DNA from: Vitrella brassicaformis CCMP3155
Lineage: Eukaryota; Protista; Chromerida
Reading direction: 5' to 3'
Assembly (NCBI GenBank): GCA_001179505.1
Contig: CDMY01000865.1
Location: 1-14,651 of the forward strand
DNA: 14,651 nucleotides
The notes under the pieces were generated by a model. That model was not told the origin of the DNA and searched no databases. It saw only the letters and a program-made list of their open reading frames with translations. Below are positions 11,419 through 14,651 of the stretch, piece by piece. Numbering within the stretch: the stretch's first letter is position 1; each line of letters starts with the position of its first letter. The translations under genes were made by a program, and so were the position numbers.

Positions 11419-14400
11419 TTAGGTATTCTTGTCCCTGCCCCTGCTCGTGCCGGTGCTGTGTGTGGTGGTGGTGCTCCTCTCTCCCACCCCACCCATCTCC
11501 CTCTCCCTCTCCCTCTCCTTGGCCCTCTCGTCAGTGGCCCCTTCGCTAATGCTCATGAGCGCATCGAACTCGGGCAGCTGGTACTGATAAAACGTCCCCA
11601 ACTGCAGTGGATGGATGCACCAACACACACACACACACACTGATGGGAGAGGGTGAGAGGGCGGTGGTGAGGTGTGCTGGCTGACCATGAGGCTCGCCAC
11701 GAATACGCCGCAGCAGACGACCGAGTTGAGGTACTCGTGGAGAAACGGGAAGCGTTCAGGGGCAGGCACTACCATCTGCACACACACGACCACACACACG
11801 GGGAGAGACCAGATGAGCAACAACAGCCCGTGGAGCAAGGGTCATTACGCCTACATGCAAGCAGAACAGCCCCGCCAAGACGCCACAGACGCAGACCAAC
11901 ACGGCCGTCCACCCAAAGCCGCACCCCGCCAGCGCACTCCACGCTGCAGTCCTGTCGTCTCGGATTCTGCACCTCTCGGCCATCCGTCGCGCCACGAGCT
12001 CTCTGTCTTGGGCGCGTGCACGGCGGCCGTGTGGCCCCGAGAGGTTGGAAATCTCGCTGGAGTCGTGCATCAGCAGCCGGGCGTGTGCCGACAGGAAAGC
12101 CCCGAGATGGCGCCATTGGGAGGGATCGGCCAGACATGAGAGGCTCAGATGGCCTGCAAAGAAAGAAAGAAACGGATGTGTCTGTGGGGATGGGTTGTGG
12201 GGTATCGGCTGGGTATGTACCTCTTGAGGTGGCCTGTATGGTGGCCACGGCGAGAGCCACCCACGCGACGGTGAGGATGACGAACGACGGCAGCAGCTGG
12301 TCCTTGAGCATCAGAGGCAGCAGCGAGTAGCTCGCCGCCAGCAGCAACACGACACACGACGCACCTACAGCACACACGAACAGACCACCACTCTCTCTCC
12401 CTCTCTCCCTCTCTGTCCATCTGTCCATTGCTCACCGTATTGTGGCAGGAGCAGGCACGCAGGCAGTGCGGGCAGCAGGATGGCCTTCTCATGCACTTGC
12501 CACGAGAAGAGAAAGAAGCTCATCGAGCAGTTGAACAGACACACCTCGAACCGCTTCGCCGTCGGCCGCCGCATGACGTCCCAGCAGGAGGGGAGGAACC
12601 CCACAGCCGTCATCCACGCGGCCACCCCGACGGCCCACTGCAGGTGCACCCCGTTGTCCATGGCTGCGAGCCGTTTCAGCTTGACGATTGGCGAGAGAGC
12701 CACCCACACCGTCGCCGCATAGTCCTCGTAGAGGCCGCGGTTGAATGGGAACACGCGACGGAGGATCGGGATCAGCGAGGACATGCGCAGTGACTGAACG
12801 GGCCGAAAGAGAGAGAGAGAGAGAGAGAGAGGTGGTTGGGGGGTTGAAGGCGTGCAGGTGAGTGCGCTCACTCACCGCCAGCAGCCTCTCTACCAGGCTA
12901 TTCCCAGGGACCTCTTCCTCCCCAGCCAACAGAAAGGGCATCAACACCACAAGTGCCGTCAGGACGACCACCAGACCGATCTTGGCCACGTTGACAACAG
13001 CGGTGAGCGGGCGCACGAATCTCAGTCGGCGTCTGATGCCCTTGTCGACGGCCACTGTGCGGGTGGACAGGCCCAGCAGAGTGAAGAAGAAAGCAGGGGC
13101 GTAGTAGAGCAGCGTCTGCTTGTACAGCAGGGCGAGGGTGAAGGCTATATACCCACACACATCCATCCACACAGAGAGAGACACTGATGCATTGTACGTG
13201 TCGGCGTGGATCATGCACTCACCTGAAGCGGCGATCAGGTATCTCTTAGTGGCAATGAGGCCCACCGCCCAGAGAGTCAGGCCGAGCGCCACGCAGTTGT
13301 ACTGGAAGTGGCCATGGTCGATCAGAATGAACGCCGGACACAGCAGCAACAGACACAAGGTCGACACACGCATCCGCCAGCTGAACCCTTGACACTGACA
13401 CGCACAGACACACACACATGCATCCATCCGCCCATCCATCCATTCACCAGAACACGCCCACCTGCATTGCGCAAAGGGCATAGTAGATGGCTGCCGTGAA
13501 GAAGACCAGCACGTCGGCCAGCAGGACGGTCATGCGCATGAAGAGCTTGTGCGTGGGCGTCTCGTACCCACGGGACGTCAGCAGCTCCACCGACTGCGGC
13601 TCATATGCCGCACTCGCGAGGCCGCACGTATACATGTGGTAGGCCGTGAGCGGGGGGTAGTCCAGACCCCAGTACTGCAGGTCATTCGCGTCACTCTCCA
13701 CGTACCTGATCCCCATTCACACAGACACACACACAGAGACATCCACGCGTGCAATTGGGGCTCTCCATTTCTCCCTATTCCTCCTATGGACTGACCAGTC
13801 CCTGATAGGGAGGTTGGTGGTGATTTCCATCCAGTGCCGCTGCGCCTCGTAGTCGCCATGCATCGGGGGCACCCCCCACCCCGAACAAGGGTATACGCCC
13901 ACAGCCAGCCGGCACAGCACCGCCAGTAGCACCACCACACCCACGCCGGTCACCCGCAACCGATGCCGCTCCACAAACCCCAGCAGCGAGGCGACAACCG
14001 CCGCGCCACTGTTGCCGTCCCCCTGTTGATGCACGTTCTTGTCGTCCATCAGCCGGTCGTTCTGCACTGATCTGTAGACGAGCGCAGAGAGTCGGTTGAC
14101 CATCTCGGATAGCGTGATCAGGGGGGTCCAGGCCTCCTGCAGCACGTCCCTCGTCAGCTGCTCGGGCGTCTGGTTGTAGAAGGGCCATGCGAACGACTGG
14201 CAGGCGATGAGCGGCGGGAGGAAGGGATACTGTCTGCTCACGTCAATCACAAACACGGCCTCCTGCGGCGGGTCGGCTCCCCGCAGCTCTCTCAGAAAGA
14301 ACTTGCCGCTGAAGGATAGATAGATGTGGCAGCCCGAGTCCACCTGTGCTGATGTGATAGTCACGCCCTCATCCAGTTGCTGCTCGAGCAGGCTCAGCTC

Positions 14401-14559
14401 CCTCTCGATGCGCAGGCGGAAGATCTGCTCCCTGGCGGACTTGTCGTCGGCTGGATGATGCTGCTGGTGTCTATCTTGCTGGGCTGATGGTGCGGTTGAT
14501 GCGGCATCGTCCGATTGCTGCGACGCTGTGGCAGAGCGGCGACGGGGCTGCGACTCCAT
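11419..14559 (-). CDS. ALG6: Dolichyl-PP-Man9GlcNAc2 alpha-1,3-glucosyltransferase ALG6 carrying an extra N-terminal UBC/UEV-like domain, ~840 aa
   Basis: Exons 14559-13796, 13705-13462, 13394-13223, 13144-12876, 12793-12436, 12364-12221, 12153-11855, 11775-11686, 11601-11419 (2523 nt, all GT-AG, in phase). ALG6-type motifs: PPMHGDYEAQRHWMEITTNLP (ALG8 instead has STDFEVHRNW), YWGLDYPPLTAYH, SRGYE, FILIDHGHFQYNCVALG, YKQTLLYYAPAFF, RVFPFNRGLYEDYAATVW, FFLFSWQVHEKAILLP, YSLLPLMLKDQL, VPAPERFPFL. Confidence 0.93.
14074..14424 (-). other. Ubiquitin-conjugating-enzyme-like domain (catalytically inactive, UEV-type), aa ~46-162 of the ALG6 ORF
   Basis: E2-fold landmarks occur in the expected order: helix-1 RLRIERELSLL, strand FVIDVSRQYPFLPPLI (cf. 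F.L.I.FP.DYPFKPPKV), and DVLQEAWTPLITLSEMVNRLSALV (cf. DIL..QWSPALTISKVLLSICSLL). No HPN motif; Thr at the position of the catalytic Cys. Recognised by eye, not by HMM. Confidence 0.7.
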
Positions 14560-14651
14560 TATCTTCTTAATTCGCCCAGATCACACCCAGATCTCTTCAT
14601 TTGCTGATCGCGACTGGCTCCCCCTGTATGGCTGCTCGGGCGGTTGTAAGC

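Noticed and set aside
14074-14424. Active ubiquitin-conjugating enzyme as a separate gene
   Set aside because: No stop, intron or UTR-like gap separates it from ALG6, and it lacks the HPN motif and catalytic Cys.
12489-14559. Assignment as ALG8 rather than ALG6
   Set aside because: GDYEAQRHWMEIT and YWGLDYPPLTAYH are ALG6-type; the ALG8 motifs STDFEVHRNW and EWTLDYPPFFA are absent.

Overview
Eukaryotic, GC-rich, very intron-dense genomic DNA. Introns are mostly 50-160 nt and filled with microsatellites ((GT)n, (GATG)n, (TCTG)n, (AACAC)n). This style plus apicomplexan-type MYST motifs points to a chromerid alveolate such as Vitrella brassicaformis (inference from sequence style, not a database hit). 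Manual splicing gives five frame-consistent genes. (1) The 3' part of an unidentified low-complexity protein (+, <23-2676). (2) A MYST histone acetyltransferase with Tudor-knot, C2HC finger and HAT domains (+, ~3035-5498, ~489 aa). (3) A single-box HMGB/NHP6-like protein (-, 7247-6463, 105 aa). (4) A single-domain 6-TM voltage-gated cation channel with a C-terminal EF-hand-like region (+, ~7512-11102, ~776 aa). (5) An ALG6 glucosyltransferase (-, 14559-11419, ~840 aa). The most notable signal is an in-frame, uninterrupted N-terminal ubiquitin-conjugating (E2)-like domain lacking the catalytic Cys (UEV-like) fused to ALG6. Also notable are the channel's non-acidic TLSGW selectivity filter built from 17- and 24-nt micro-exons, and two GC-AG introns. 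No rRNA, tRNA, CRISPR array or mobile element was recognised.
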